64,000 bases of DNA. Source: Longimicrobiales bacterium (GTDB lineage: Bacteria > Gemmatimonadota > Gemmatimonadetes > Longimicrobiales > Gaopeijiaceae). A program made the translations under genes and the position numbers. Location: positions 576,001 through 640,000 of the forward strand of contig CBDBCF010000001.1 of NCBI GenBank assembly GCA_965202985.1, given 5' to 3'. Each line of letters opens with the position of its first letter. Positions within the stretch are counted from its first letter, which is position 1. A model generated the notes under the pieces. That model was not told where the DNA came from and searched no databases. It saw only the letters and a program-made list of their open reading frames with translations. Positions 37,348 through 47,297 of the stretch are shown one piece after another.

Positions 37348-39921
37348 ATGTCAGGACACGTCGCCACGCGCACAAGAAGCTTTCGCTCCCTCGCAAGCTG
37401 CTTCCGCTCCGTTCCCGGAACGCTCGGGATCGGCGTGGCTTCCGGCAGGGGCCGGTCGCCGCACTTGGCCGCCGCGCTTGCGGTCGCGGCCACGGGCTGG
37501 GCCGGCGCTCCGGCGTGCGCCAGTGCGCAGACGTCGGTGGTCGCGCGCGGTGTGGCCATTCCGGCGGCCGCGCCGGGGCTGGCAGCCTTCGCCTCCAGCG
37601 TCGTGGTGCAAGAGGGAACGGTCTACGTGGGCAAGCCAGGCGGCATCGGCTTCTTCCCCATGCCGCCCAACCGGCCCGGCGCGGTGCACGTCTTCGAGCG
37701 CTCGGACGGCGAGTGGACGGAGACGGCCGTGGTCGAGGCGCCGGGCGGAGACGTGGGTACCGGCTTCGGCGAGGGGCTGGACGTGCACGGAGACGTCATG
37801 GTCGTCGGGGCGCCCAGCGAGGGGAACGGGGCCGTGCACGTCTACCGCCGCGCGGACGGCCAGTGGAGCGCCGAAGCGCGCTTGACCTGGAGCGACGCCG
37901 TGTCCGGCGCACGGTTCGGCGCCGCCGTAGCCAGCGACGGCGGGAGCGTGTTCGCGGGGGCGCCGGGCGCCGACGGGGGCGCGGGCGCAGTGGTCGCGTT
38001 CGACCGCGACGCGGAGGGCCGGTGGCGCCAGGTCGCCACGTTCCCGGGCGAAGTGCCGGCGGGGCAGCTGGGCCTTGCGCTCGACATGGAAGGCGGTTTG
38101 GCGGCAGCGGGAGCGCCCGGCGGCGACCCGCCCCTGATTCCGAGCGGCGAGATGCCCGCGTTCCTTCCCGGCGCGGTCCACGTCTTCGCTCGGGACGAGT
38201 CCGGCGAGTGGACACGGGCGGCAACGTTGGAGCCCCCCGCCGCGACCCCGGCCGCCACGGGCCGAAGCGTGGCCGTGTCCGGCGGGCGCGTCTTCGCCGG
38301 GGCGCCGTTCGCAGCGCACGCGGCCGGGGCCGTGTACGAGTTCGCCCGCTCGGACGAAGGGCCGCCTTCCGACGCCGAGTGGACGCTGGTCCGCACGATC
38401 GAGGCCGACGAAGCCGCGTTCGGCACGCTCATGGGCATGTCCGTTTCCGCTTCCGGGAGCGACTTGGTGGCCGGCACGCCGTTGGCCGGCCAGGGGCTTG
38501 GCGGCGGGACGGCGTTCCGTCGGGACGCGGAAGGCGAGTGGCGGCAGGTCGCGTCGTTCGGCCCCGGCGGCCCCTTCGCGTTCTACGGAATGGCCGTAGC
38601 GGTGGGCGGCGACGTGGCCGTGGCGGGCGCGCCGGGCGCGGACTTCTTCGAGGGGACGGGGTTCCTCTTCCGGCGAACAGCGGAGGGGTGGGAGCCCGAG
38701 GGCTCGGTCATCGACGAGGCCGGCGGCCTGGAAGCCGTCACAGGCGAGGAGCGCGAGTGCCAGGACGGTTCGGCGGCCGCGTTCGACTGCGAGGAAGTGG
38801 ACTTGGTTTCGTTCGTGCCCGTGCGCGGCCTGGGCGGCGAACGGGGCGTGGTGGTCAACGACCTGTGGGGCTGGACAGATCCGGAGACGGGCAAGGAGTA
38901 CGCCGTGGTCGGGCGCAACAACGCCACCACCTTCGTGGACCTTAGCGACCCCGGCAATCCAATCTACCTGGGTGAGCTTCCCTTGACCGAAGGCGCCACG
39001 CCCAACATGTGGCGCGACATCAAGGTGTTTGCGGACCACGCCTTCATCGTGGCTGACCAAGCGGGCCCCCACGGCGTGCAGGTGTTCGACCTGACACGAC
39101 TCCGCGACGTGACCGCGCCTCCCGTCGTCTTCGAAGCCGACGCGCACTACGACGGCATCCACTCGGCGCACAACATCGTCGTCAACGAGGGCACGGGCTT
39201 CGCCTACGTGGTCGGCGCCTCCGGGGGCGGCGAAACTTGCGGCGGCGGCTTGCACATGATCGACGTGCGGGAGCCCAAGAACCCCACCTTCGCCGGCTGC
39301 TTCGCCGACGGGAACACCGGCAACGCGGGAACCGGGTACAGTCACGACGCCCAGTGCATCCGCTACCACGGCCCGGACCCGGACTACCAGGACCGGGAGA
39401 TCTGCCTGGGGGCCAACGAGAACGCCCTGTCGATCTCCGACGTGACCGACAAGGACGCCCCGGTCGCTCTCTCGACCGCCGAGTACCCCAATACGGGCTA
39501 CTTGCACCAGGGCTGGGTCACGGACGACCACCGCTACTTCTTCATGAACGACGAGATCGACGAGCTGGCGGGCAACGTGTCCCGCACCCGCACCTTGGTG
39601 TGGGACATCGCGGACTTGGAGGACCCGGTGCTGGTCAAGGAGCACTTCGGGAGCACGGGATCGTCCGACCACAACCTGTATGTGCGCGGCGACTACATGT
39701 ACCAGGCCAACTACGTGAGCGGCCTTCGCATCTTGGACATCTCGGAGCCCGAGGAGCCCAAGGAAGTAGGGTTCTTCGACACGGTGTCGGCCGGCGACGA
39801 CGTGCCGGGATTCGCAGGGGCTTGGAGCGTCTATCCGTACTTCGAGAGCGGGCTGATCATCGTGTCCAGCATGCGCGAAGGGCTGTTCGTGCTGCGCAAG
39901 AGGCCGCCCCCCGTGTCGTAG
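37348..39921 (+). CDS. Second choice-of-anchor B/FG-GAP protein (tandem paralog)
   Basis: Same motif set as the upstream gene; start uncertain (37240-37348). Confidence 0.9.
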   Translation: MSGHVATRTRSFRSLASCFRSVPGTLGIGVASGRGRSPHLAAALAVAATGWAGAPACASAQTSVVARGVAIPAAAPGLAAFASSVVVQEGTVYVGKPGGIGFFPMPPNRPGAVHVFERSDGEWTETAVVEAPGGDVGTGFGEGLDVHGDVMVVGAPSEGNGAVHVYRRADGQWSAEARLTWSDAVSGARFGAAVASDGGSVFAGAPGADGGAGAVVAFDRDAEGRWRQVATFPGEVPAGQLGLALDMEGGLAAAGAPGGDPPLIPSGEMPAFLPGAVHVFARDESGEWTRAATLEPPAATPAATGRSVAVSGGRVFAGAPFAAHAAGAVYEFARSDEGPPSDAEWTLVRTIEADEAAFGTLMGMSVSASGSDLVAGTPLAGQGLGGGTAFRRDAEGEWRQVASFGPGGPFAFYGMAVAVGGDVAVAGAPGADFFEGTGFLFRRTAEGWEPEGSVIDEAGGLEAVTGEERECQDGSAAAFDCEEVDLVSFVPVRGLGGERGVVVNDLWGWTDPETGKEYAVVGRNNATTFVDLSDPGNPIYLGELPLTEGATPNMWRDIKVFADHAFIVADQAGPHGVQVFDLTRLRDVTAPPVVFEADAHYDGIHSAHNIVVNEGTGFAYVVGASGGGETCGGGLHMIDVREPKNPTFAGCFADGNTGNAGTGYSHDAQCIRYHGPDPDYQDREICLGANENALSISDVTDKDAPVALSTAEYPNTGYLHQGWVTDDHRYFFMNDEIDELAGNVSRTRTLVWDIADLEDPVLVKEHFGSTGSSDHNLYVRGDYMYQANYVSGLRILDISEPEEPKEVGFFDTVSAGDDVPGFAGAWSVYPYFESGLIIVSSMREGLFVLRKRPPPVS

Positions 39922-39931
39922 CCAGGGCGGT

Positions 39932-40981
39932 TCAGTTCGTGTGTTCGCCCCCGAGCGGCATCGACATGGACCGCACCAAGCGGGTCGCAACTTCATCGAG
40001 GCTGTGCGCGCGCGCACCGTGAAGCTTGAACACGCTGACGGCCTTCGCCACTGAGACCGCCCATTCGAAGGGCTTGGTCGGGCCAAATTCGACCGCCGCC
40101 ACGCCGCGCAAGTACATCGCTTCCCGCACCATCTTCATCGCTTCGAAGCCCGAGACCGACTCGACGATGTCGCGCCCCTCGCGATCGGTTTCTTGGTGTT
40201 CCACGCGGTGGAGCGTCCCAAGCCACTTGGCGGACTGTACGGCCCGCGCTTCGGGCACGGCGTAGTGCTTGTCGGATCCATCCCTTTTCCGCACCCTCGA
40301 CTTGCTTCTGGCACCCGTGAGCGCCAAGGCGTCCGGGAGCAGCTTCAAGTTCGGAACGCCCCAAGCGAGCATGTGTCCTTTGGCCTGAGCGGCGCTCACG
40401 ATCACCATGTCGTCGGCAAAGAACGACAGACCGTTCGCGGCAAGGACGGCCGCCAACGTCGACTTGCCCGCTCCGCTCCGCCCGATCAGCGCGTGAACCT
40501 GCCCTCCGTGTTCGAGGGCGCTGGCGTGCAGCGGCAACAGGCCTCGCTGCAACGCCAAAGCAGCCCACGGATGGGCCCACAAGAACGCCCGGACATCCGC
40601 CTCCGGCACGCCCCAGTCTCCCCCGCTGATCTTGTAGCGGATCGACTCGCCTCCTTCGACCAAGAAGTCGACGCCGCTTCGAAAGCTGATCAAGAACTCC
40701 CCGGGCGCGAACTGGACTCGACATCGGTCCGTTCCCCAACTGAGAGGCGAGGGAACCGAGCCGCGTCGAATCGAAACGTCTGCGCCGTGGTCTCGCATCC
40801 AGGGATCGGCCCACGGACCCAAGTCGAAGTCGGCGGCAACCGTGAACGGGGTCGCCGGAGCGCGGGTTCCCGGCTCGATCACGGATTTTGGCTCCTCGGA
40901 ATCGCTAACGGGCCTGCTCCGATCCTGCCGATGCTCGACGCCGCCTAAGCCATGATGTCGGGCAACCTGTGTTCGCGGCAC
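39932..40981 (-). CDS. HPr-kinase-like P-loop kinase
   Basis: LQRGLLPLHASA...GRSGAGKSTLA...FFADD; start uncertain (GTG at 40882 possible). Confidence 0.8.
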   Translation of the reverse strand: MPRTQVARHHGLGGVEHRQDRSRPVSDSEEPKSVIEPGTRAPATPFTVAADFDLGPWADPWMRDHGADVSIRRGSVPSPLSWGTDRCRVQFAPGEFLISFRSGVDFLVEGGESIRYKISGGDWGVPEADVRAFLWAHPWAALALQRGLLPLHASALEHGGQVHALIGRSGAGKSTLAAVLAANGLSFFADDMVIVSAAQAKGHMLAWGVPNLKLLPDALALTGARSKSRVRKRDGSDKHYAVPEARAVQSAKWLGTLHRVEHQETDREGRDIVESVSGFEAMKMVREAMYLRGVAAVEFGPTKPFEWAVSVAKAVSVFKLHGARAHSLDEVATRLVRSMSMPLGGEHTN

Positions 40982-41019
40982 GAGTAGCTTCCTTGTTGGG
41001 TTCTAGCGAATTTGTTCCC

Positions 41020-41946
41020 ATGCGACGCCCGAAACAAGCCGGCCGGCCGCCGCCCGATCCCTCGCAAGCGGGCGTTCCCTTCACCGTCGACGCGGACCTG
41101 TGCTTGGGTTCGGCGGTGGCGTCCTGGGTCCGGTCCCACGGGGCCGACGTGACGGTCCGGCGCGGCGCGGTGCCCGAGGAGCTGGCGGAGGCGACCGTCC
41201 AGCGGGGCGCGTGGTCTTGCGCGGGTCGGCGGGTGCTGGTTCGACGCCGGGGAATTCGGTTCTTGGTCGAAAACGGCGAAACGATTCGCTATCAGACGGC
41301 GGCGGACGCCCCCGAGGCCAACATTCGCCTCTCCCTCTTCGGCTCGGCTTGGGCCGCCCTCCTGTTGCAACGCAACCTTCTGCCGCTCCACGCAAGCGCC
41401 GTATGCCGCGGTGCGGACGTGTACGCCTTCGCGGGCAAGTCCAGAGCGGGCAAGTCCACGCTGGCGGCCGCTCTTGCCGCCCGCGGGCTGGACTTCGTCA
41501 CCGACGATGTTCTGGTCTTGGACCCTTTGTTCGGGTCCGACACCCGGTGCTACGGGTGCACGGAGCTGAAGTTGTGGCCGGATGCGCTGGAGCTGACCCG
41601 GGCCTCCCGCCGGACGCTGATTCACGACCGAGCCGACAAGCTCTACGCCGTGCCAGCGACGCAGGCGCAGTGCCCGGCGGGGCGTCTCAGGGCGCTGTAT
41701 GTGCTTGCCGAGGAAGCTGGCGACCGGTCCTGCCGGATCGAACCCGTCACGGGATCCGAGTCGATCGACGTCTTGGCCCGCTCGCTGCACCGGCGTCGCT
41801 TGACCGCGGCGATCGTCGGACGGCGACGCTTGTACGAATGGCTCGCCCAGATGCGGAAGCACGTGAGGGTGTCCAGGTTTCGCCGGTCGCGGTTGATCTC
41901 CCGGTTCGACGAAGGGGTAGCTCATGTGGAGACCTTGCTCTCCTAG
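41020..41946 (+). CDS. HPr-kinase-like P-loop kinase (divergent paralog)
   Basis: LQRNLLPLHASA...GKSRAGKSTLA...FVTDD; LKLWPDA. Confidence 0.8.
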   Translation: MRRPKQAGRPPPDPSQAGVPFTVDADLCLGSAVASWVRSHGADVTVRRGAVPEELAEATVQRGAWSCAGRRVLVRRRGIRFLVENGETIRYQTAADAPEANIRLSLFGSAWAALLLQRNLLPLHASAVCRGADVYAFAGKSRAGKSTLAAALAARGLDFVTDDVLVLDPLFGSDTRCYGCTELKLWPDALELTRASRRTLIHDRADKLYAVPATQAQCPAGRLRALYVLAEEAGDRSCRIEPVTGSESIDVLARSLHRRRLTAAIVGRRRLYEWLAQMRKHVRVSRFRRSRLISRFDEGVAHVETLLS

Positions 41947-42815
41947 TCGGGCGATACTTGGGGCGCGAGGCCTTCCGGAAACTCGCGAGAGGCCACTGTC
42001 ACGGAACACCGGTAGACGCGGGATATGTTCGCGGCGGTCAGAACGCGAGCCGCGTCTCCCTGGGCGGCCGGAGCGCCGCTCTCCATGAGGAGGTGCCGAT
42101 CCCCGAATCGGGCCGCCAAGTTCAGGTGGTGGGTCACGGCCACCACAGCCACGCCGTCGCTTCGCGCCAAGTCGCGGAGCAGCCGGAAGACGGCCGTCTC
42201 GTAGCGCATGTCCAGGGCCGCCGTCGGCTCGTCCAGCAGCAGGATCGACGGCTCCTGGGCCAGCGCCCGCGCGATCCGCGTCCGCTGCCGTTCGCCGCCC
42301 GACAAGCTGCGGAAGTCCCGTTCCTCCAACCCTGCGACGCCGCAACGCTCCATGGCGCGGGCCACGGCCTCGCGGTCTTGCCTGCCTTCGCGGCGCCAAG
42401 GACCCAAGCTGGCGTAGCGTCCCATGGCCACCAAGCTCCGGGCCGTCACGGGAAACGGCACGTGTTCGTGCTGGGTCACGACCGCCATCCGGGCCGCCAG
42501 AGCCCGGCGCGGCCACCGGTCCAAGGGGCGGCCCGCAAATCGAACTTGACCCGACCGAGCGCGCGCTCCGCCCGCGAGGAGCCGCAGCAGCGTGGACTTG
42601 CCGGACCCGTTGGGGCCAAGCACGGTACTCACCGCGCCGGGTTCGGTCTCTAGCGAGATGCCGTCCACCGCGGGACGGGCCGCCCCCGGGTACCGGTAGA
42701 CGAGGGACCGAGCTTCCAGCAGGGGAGCGGCTTCGGCGGCGCGGGGGGACCCGGAGGCGCGGACGGCCTGGGACGCGGGGGGCGCGGGCTCGGAACTTGG
42801 AGCCGGACCGTTCAC
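41943..42815 (-). CDS. Iron-chelate/cobalamin ABC transporter ATPase
   Basis: GPNGSGKST, LSGGERQR, LLLDEPT, HHLNLAA. Confidence 0.92.
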   Translation of the reverse strand: MNGPAPSSEPAPPASQAVRASGSPRAAEAAPLLEARSLVYRYPGAARPAVDGISLETEPGAVSTVLGPNGSGKSTLLRLLAGGARARSGQVRFAGRPLDRWPRRALAARMAVVTQHEHVPFPVTARSLVAMGRYASLGPWRREGRQDREAVARAMERCGVAGLEERDFRSLSGGERQRTRIARALAQEPSILLLDEPTAALDMRYETAVFRLLRDLARSDGVAVVAVTHHLNLAARFGDRHLLMESGAPAAQGDAARVLTAANISRVYRCSVTVASREFPEGLAPQVSPD

Positions 42816-43801
42816 CGGGTGCTCCTTGCGAGCAGCACCGCGAAGAGCGGGACGCCCACCAAGGCGGTCACCACCCCCGTGGGAAGTTCCTGAGGCGCCG
42901 CGACCGTCCGTGCCGCCGTGTCGACAAGAACGAGGAACGTCCCTCCGGCCAGAAACGACGCCGGGAGAAGCACGCGGTGGCCTCCGCCCCACAACAGGCG
43001 AACGGCATGTGGGACGACGAGGCCCACGAAGCCGATGACCCCGGCCGCTGCGACGGAGGCGGCCACGGCCAGGGATGCGGCCACGTAGCCCGCCTGCTTG
43101 ACCGTTTCCACGCGCACGCCCAGGTAGGCGGCCGTTTCTTCGCCGACCGTCATCACGTCCAGCGGCCGAGCGAGCACGAAGGTCGCCCCCACCAACGGGA
43201 TCAGCACGACCGCCAAGGCGCCGACCTCGGCAGGACCGGCTCGCGCCAAGCTCCCCATCATCCAGAACATCGCCGAGCGGAAGGACTCGGCGTCGGCCAG
43301 GGTGAGCAGGAGCAGCACGACGGCGTTGAAGAACGCTCCCGCGATCACTCCGGCCAGCAGCAGTACGCGGGTATCCAGCACCGGACCCGCCGACATGGCC
43401 ACTCGCCGCACCGCGAACACGGCCAGCAACGCCCCTGCCACGGCGCCGCCCCCAACACCCCCGCGAAACGCCGCCAGTCCCAGGGCGAGAGCGGCCACCG
43501 AGCCGGCCGCGGCCCCGCCGGACACGCCCAGCACGTACGGGTCGGCCAAGGGATTGCGCAGCAAGGCCTGCAAGACGGCGCCCGCCACCGCCAGCGCGCC
43601 GCCCACTAGCAACCCCAGCACCACGCGGGGCGCCCGCAGCTCCAGCACGACGACGCGCTGGCGCTCGTCCCCGCCCCCCAACAGCACCTCCATGACCTGC
43701 CCCGGACCGATCGCCGCCGAACCGGCGTAGAGGCCGGCCAGCACCGCCCCGGCCGCCAGCACCGCAAGCAGCCCCAGGAGCCTGCCGGGGCTCGTCTTCA
43801 C
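42812..43801 (-). CDS. FecCD/BtuC-family permease
   Basis: LRAPR, QALLRNPLADPYVLGVSGGA, GEETAAYLGV, GVIGFVGLVVPH, ELPTG. Confidence 0.93.
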   Translation of the reverse strand: MKTSPGRLLGLLAVLAAGAVLAGLYAGSAAIGPGQVMEVLLGGGDERQRVVVLELRAPRVVLGLLVGGALAVAGAVLQALLRNPLADPYVLGVSGGAAAGSVAALALGLAAFRGGVGGGAVAGALLAVFAVRRVAMSAGPVLDTRVLLLAGVIAGAFFNAVVLLLLTLADAESFRSAMFWMMGSLARAGPAEVGALAVVLIPLVGATFVLARPLDVMTVGEETAAYLGVRVETVKQAGYVAASLAVAASVAAAGVIGFVGLVVPHAVRLLWGGGHRVLLPASFLAGGTFLVLVDTAARTVAAPQELPTGVVTALVGVPLFAVLLARSTR

Positions 43802-43862
43802 GATCCGGCCCGCGACCGCGATCTAGCCCCGGCCCGAACCCCGCCTGCGGTCCTCGTTCGGC

Positions 43863-44927
43863 TCATGGCCTGCTCGCACGGTCGCCGCCGTGAAAGAGCG
43901 CCGCCAGCAACCGCGCCGCTTCGCCCATTCGCGGACCCGGCCGGCCGAACAGCGAAGCATCCACCGTCGCGATGCGCCCCGCCTCCACCGCGGGCACGGC
44001 CTGCCAACCCGGCGAGGCAGCCAGCCGCTCCGCCGCGCGTTCCGCCGACCGCGCCGCTATCGCCGAAGGCGCCGGCAACTGGCCTTTCCGCGCCCGGCCG
44101 AGTCCCGCCACGGGGAGTCCCGCCACGGGGAGGATCACGTAGTCCGGATCCCGCCACACGACCTCCTCGAGGCTCACCATGGGCCAGGGCCCGTTCATGT
44201 CCGCAAACACGTTCGACACGCCGCCGGCCGCCAGCACCGAGTCCAGGAACGTCCCCGGCCCTGCGGTCATGGGCGGATCGCGCTGCACCACGTACGCCGC
44301 TTCCACCGGCGATCGGCCGGCCCAGGTCGCCCGGGCCGCCGCCAAGTCGTCTTCCACGGCCGCCACCAGCGAGTCGGCACGGTCGGGCGCCCCCGTCAGA
44401 CGTCCCAGGTTGCGAGTCAGCCGCCGAAAGTCCTCCATCGTCTGCACTCGAGCGCCGTACCAAGCCAGCCCCAGCGCATCCAGGCGACTCCCCAGCGACG
44501 CGCCGCTTCCCGCCGCGGGCCACACCACCACCAAGTCGGGGGTCAGCTCGGCCAGGAACTCCAAGCTGGGATCGATGCCGCCGCCCACCGAGGGGAGCGA
44601 CGCCAGTTCGGCCTGCTCGTCGTAGCGGGTTCGCGCAACCAAACGATCTCCTGCCCCCAGAGCCACCAGGGTCTCGGTGGCCGCCGGCACAAGCGACACG
44701 ATGCGGCTACGGGGAGGAGACGCCGAGTGGATGCGTCCCAGGTCGTCGGCCACCGCGTCCGGGCCTTCCGGTGCACCACCTCCGCGGGCGCACGCCGCGA
44801 GCAGCAGGCTCGCCCCGAGCAACAGCCCCGCGCAGCCGTCTCGAACCAGCCGCCCGCGCGCCGGAGGCCGCCTTCGGCGCCGGCGTTCGCGCAACCGGCC
44901 GGCTACAGCAGCGCGTTGGCGGTCCAT
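43863..44927 (-). CDS. Helical-backbone (BtuF-like) substrate-binding lipoprotein
   Basis: Lipobox LLAAC; DDLGR...RIVSLVPAATE; LTPDLVV; RPGPR; start uncertain. Confidence 0.85.
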   Translation of the reverse strand: MDRQRAAVAGRLRERRRRRRPPARGRLVRDGCAGLLLGASLLLAACARGGGAPEGPDAVADDLGRIHSASPPRSRIVSLVPAATETLVALGAGDRLVARTRYDEQAELASLPSVGGGIDPSLEFLAELTPDLVVVWPAAGSGASLGSRLDALGLAWYGARVQTMEDFRRLTRNLGRLTGAPDRADSLVAAVEDDLAAARATWAGRSPVEAAYVVQRDPPMTAGPGTFLDSVLAAGGVSNVFADMNGPWPMVSLEEVVWRDPDYVILPVAGLPVAGLGRARKGQLPAPSAIAARSAERAAERLAASPGWQAVPAVEAGRIATVDASLFGRPGPRMGEAARLLAALFHGGDRASRP

Positions 44928-46840
44928 GCCCCCGCGTACGCCAGGGCCAGCATGTAGGCGAATTGCAACGCGGGCCACCGCCAGCCGCCCGTCTCGCGAC
45001 GCACCACCGCCACCGTGGACATGCACTGGAGCGCGAAGACGAAGAACAGGAGCAACCCCACGGCCGACCCGAAGTCCAGGTCTCGTCGAAGAGCCGCCTG
45101 CAGCTCCATGTTCTCGTCGCCCGCGTTCTCCACGCCGTAGATCGTACCCAGCGTGCCCACGATGACTTCGCGGGCCGCCAAAGACGTGACCAGCCCGATC
45201 CCCACGCGCCAATCGAAGCCCAGGGGCTCGATCGCCGGCTCGATCACTTGGCCGATCCGTCCCAGGGCGCTGTCGCCGATCTCGGGCGCGCCGCCTTCGG
45301 GATCCCGCGGAACCTGGGTCAGCACCCAGAGCGCCACCGCCACCGCAAGGATGATCTTGCCCGCCCGACGCAGAAAGATGCGGGTCCGCTCCACGAGCCG
45401 CGCGGCGATGGAGCGCGCCGAGGGCAAGCGGTACGGGGGAAGCTCCATGACGAAAGGCGTGGGGCGGTCCCGGAGCAGGGTGCCCTTGAGGACCGCCGCC
45501 GTGATCACGGCCACGACCAGCCCCAAGGCGTAGAGCCCCAAGAGCACCGCGGCGCGGCGTCCCACGAAGGGGCCGAGCAGCGGGCCCGCCGGGATGAAGG
45601 CGGCGATGAGCAGCGCGTAGACGGGCAGCCGCGCGGAACAGGTCATGAACGGGGCCACGAAAACGGTGGCGATCCGGTCCCGCTCGTTCCCCACGGTCCG
45701 CGCCGCCATGACCGCCGGGACGGCGCAAGCGTAGGCCGACAGGAGAGGAAGAAAGGACTCGCCCTGCAGGCCCACGCGGTGCATGAGGCGGTCGGCGATG
45801 ACGGCGGCTCGCGCCATGTAGCCCGAGTCCTCCAGGATCGAGATGAAGAAGAACAGGACGAGGATCTGCGGAAGGAAGACGACCACCGAGCCGACGCCGG
45901 CCCACACGCCGTCCACCAGCAGCGAGCGGAACCAACTGTCGGGCAGGACGCCGGCCAAGTACTCTCCAGAGCCGGCGACCAGGGCCTCGGTCCCGTCCAT
46001 GAGGGGCACGGCCCAGGCGAAGATAGACTGAAAGACCAGCACGACCACCGCCAGGAAGGCCATCGGCCCCAGGATCGGGTGAAGAAGAAGCGCGTCCAGT
46101 CGGTGGGTGACCGGCGACGGACGAGGCGCGCGGAAGCCCGCCGACCGCCCGATCGTGCGTGCCCGCTGCCGCCGGTCGGCGAAGAGGTCCACCACGGGAA
46201 GGGAACGGCCGGCCGGGTCGGGGGCGCCGTTCGCGACAAGGGACGATGCGGTCGGGGCGACCACCGGACAGGCGGGGGCCTCCTGGCTCAGCATCGACAG
46301 GAATCGGCGGACGGGTTCCAGGGCCGGCGCGCTCCGGGCGTCGACCAGGGCCACGTTCACGCCGAGCTCCTGAGCCAGCGCCGAGGCCCGCAGCGCGCCG
46401 TCGCGACGCCCGAGTTCGTCGGCCATCGTCAGGACCACCAGCGTCGGCAGCCCCAGGGCCAGCACGGGTTCCGCCAGCATGAGGTGGGACTCCAAGCGCG
46501 TCGCGTCCAAGACCAGGATCACGGCGTCGGGCGCCGGCGCCCCTTCCATGCGTCCCAGGAGCACGTCTCGCGTCACTCGCTGGTCCATGCTGCGCGGCGA
46601 CAGGCCGTGGACGCCGGGCAGGTCCGTCACCTCGACCGATCCCGCGGGCAACAGGGCCGTTCCCGTGCGCTGCTCCACCGTCACGCCGGGGTAGTTGGCC
46701 ACGCGCTGGCGAAGCCCCGTCAGGCGGTTGAAGAGGGTGGACTTGCCCGAGTTCGGCGGGCCCACCAAGGCCACCCTGGGGAAACGGCCGTCCGGGGTCT
46801 GCCCGGAGCTGGCGGGCTTCGGCGCAGGGCTGTCGGACAT
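44903..46840 (-). CDS. feoB: Ferrous iron transporter B
   Basis: GPPNSGKS, VANYPGVTVE, DLPG, LEDSGYMARAA, PFMTCSARLP, FVMELPPY. Confidence 0.97.
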   Translation of the reverse strand: MSDSPAPKPASSGQTPDGRFPRVALVGPPNSGKSTLFNRLTGLRQRVANYPGVTVEQRTGTALLPAGSVEVTDLPGVHGLSPRSMDQRVTRDVLLGRMEGAPAPDAVILVLDATRLESHLMLAEPVLALGLPTLVVLTMADELGRRDGALRASALAQELGVNVALVDARSAPALEPVRRFLSMLSQEAPACPVVAPTASSLVANGAPDPAGRSLPVVDLFADRRQRARTIGRSAGFRAPRPSPVTHRLDALLLHPILGPMAFLAVVVLVFQSIFAWAVPLMDGTEALVAGSGEYLAGVLPDSWFRSLLVDGVWAGVGSVVVFLPQILVLFFFISILEDSGYMARAAVIADRLMHRVGLQGESFLPLLSAYACAVPAVMAARTVGNERDRIATVFVAPFMTCSARLPVYALLIAAFIPAGPLLGPFVGRRAAVLLGLYALGLVVAVITAAVLKGTLLRDRPTPFVMELPPYRLPSARSIAARLVERTRIFLRRAGKIILAVAVALWVLTQVPRDPEGGAPEIGDSALGRIGQVIEPAIEPLGFDWRVGIGLVTSLAAREVIVGTLGTIYGVENAGDENMELQAALRRDLDFGSAVGLLLFFVFALQCMSTVAVVRRETGGWRWPALQFAYMLALAYAGAWTANALL

Positions 46841-46893
46841 CGTGGCACCGCCGCCCGGATCGTGCGCGCCGGACGCCCTGCCGACGCCGGCGA

Positions 46894-47208
46894 TCAATTC
46901 GGGTCCAGGACCCCCGCCGCCTCCAGGCCGCTTCGTACGCACAGGCACGAAGCCGTCTCCTTCCGCAGGGCGACCAGCGCGCCGTCCACGCGGTAGACCG
47001 TCGGGTTCCCCGCGGGGGCGTGGCGCACCGGACAGAGCCGGCAACCGGGCACGATGCCCTTCTCCAGCAAGGGTTCCAGGTCGTCGCCGGCCAGGTCGAT
47101 CCGAACGAGAACGACCTCTTCCTTCAAGGGCACGTCGGCCAGCATGCGGTCGGCGCCCTTGGGGGCCGGGCCGCGATCGTTCGGAGCGTCGTCGCGTGGT
47201 TTGGTCAT
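46894..47208 (-). CDS. feoA: Ferrous iron transport protein A
   Basis: LLEKGIVPG...APAGNPTVYRVDGALVALRKETA; upstream of feoB. Confidence 0.92.
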   Translation of the reverse strand: MTKPRDDAPNDRGPAPKGADRMLADVPLKEEVVLVRIDLAGDDLEPLLEKGIVPGCRLCPVRHAPAGNPTVYRVDGALVALRKETASCLCVRSGLEAAGVLDPN

Positions 47209-47242
47209 GCTCCGTCCATGCTTCGGTTGCGTCGTCGGGACG

Positions 47243-47269
47243 CAATGAGATTGAGATTGATTCTCATTG
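47243..47269. promoter_or_regulatory. Fur-box-like palindrome upstream of feoA
   Basis: CAATGAGATTGAGATTGATTCTCATTG contains a 7-1-7 TGAGATT-G-ATTCTCA resembling TGATAATNATTATCA. Confidence 0.7.
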
Positions 47270-47297
47270 AACCAATACGGTAGTAGAGTAGGGAGTC

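Noticed and set aside
37335..37366. 14-bp direct repeat AGGACACGTCGCCA at the start of the second choice-of-anchor-B gene
   Set aside because: Only two adjacent copies and no other occurrence noticed; likely a slippage duplication.
27369..46996. Very long Arg/Pro/Ala-rich alternative-frame and antisense ORFs (for example 27369-30365, 27676-30633, 35076-37559, 37351-40086, 43865-46996)
   Set aside because: Typical high-GC shadow ORFs overlapping well-supported genes; they carry no family motifs.
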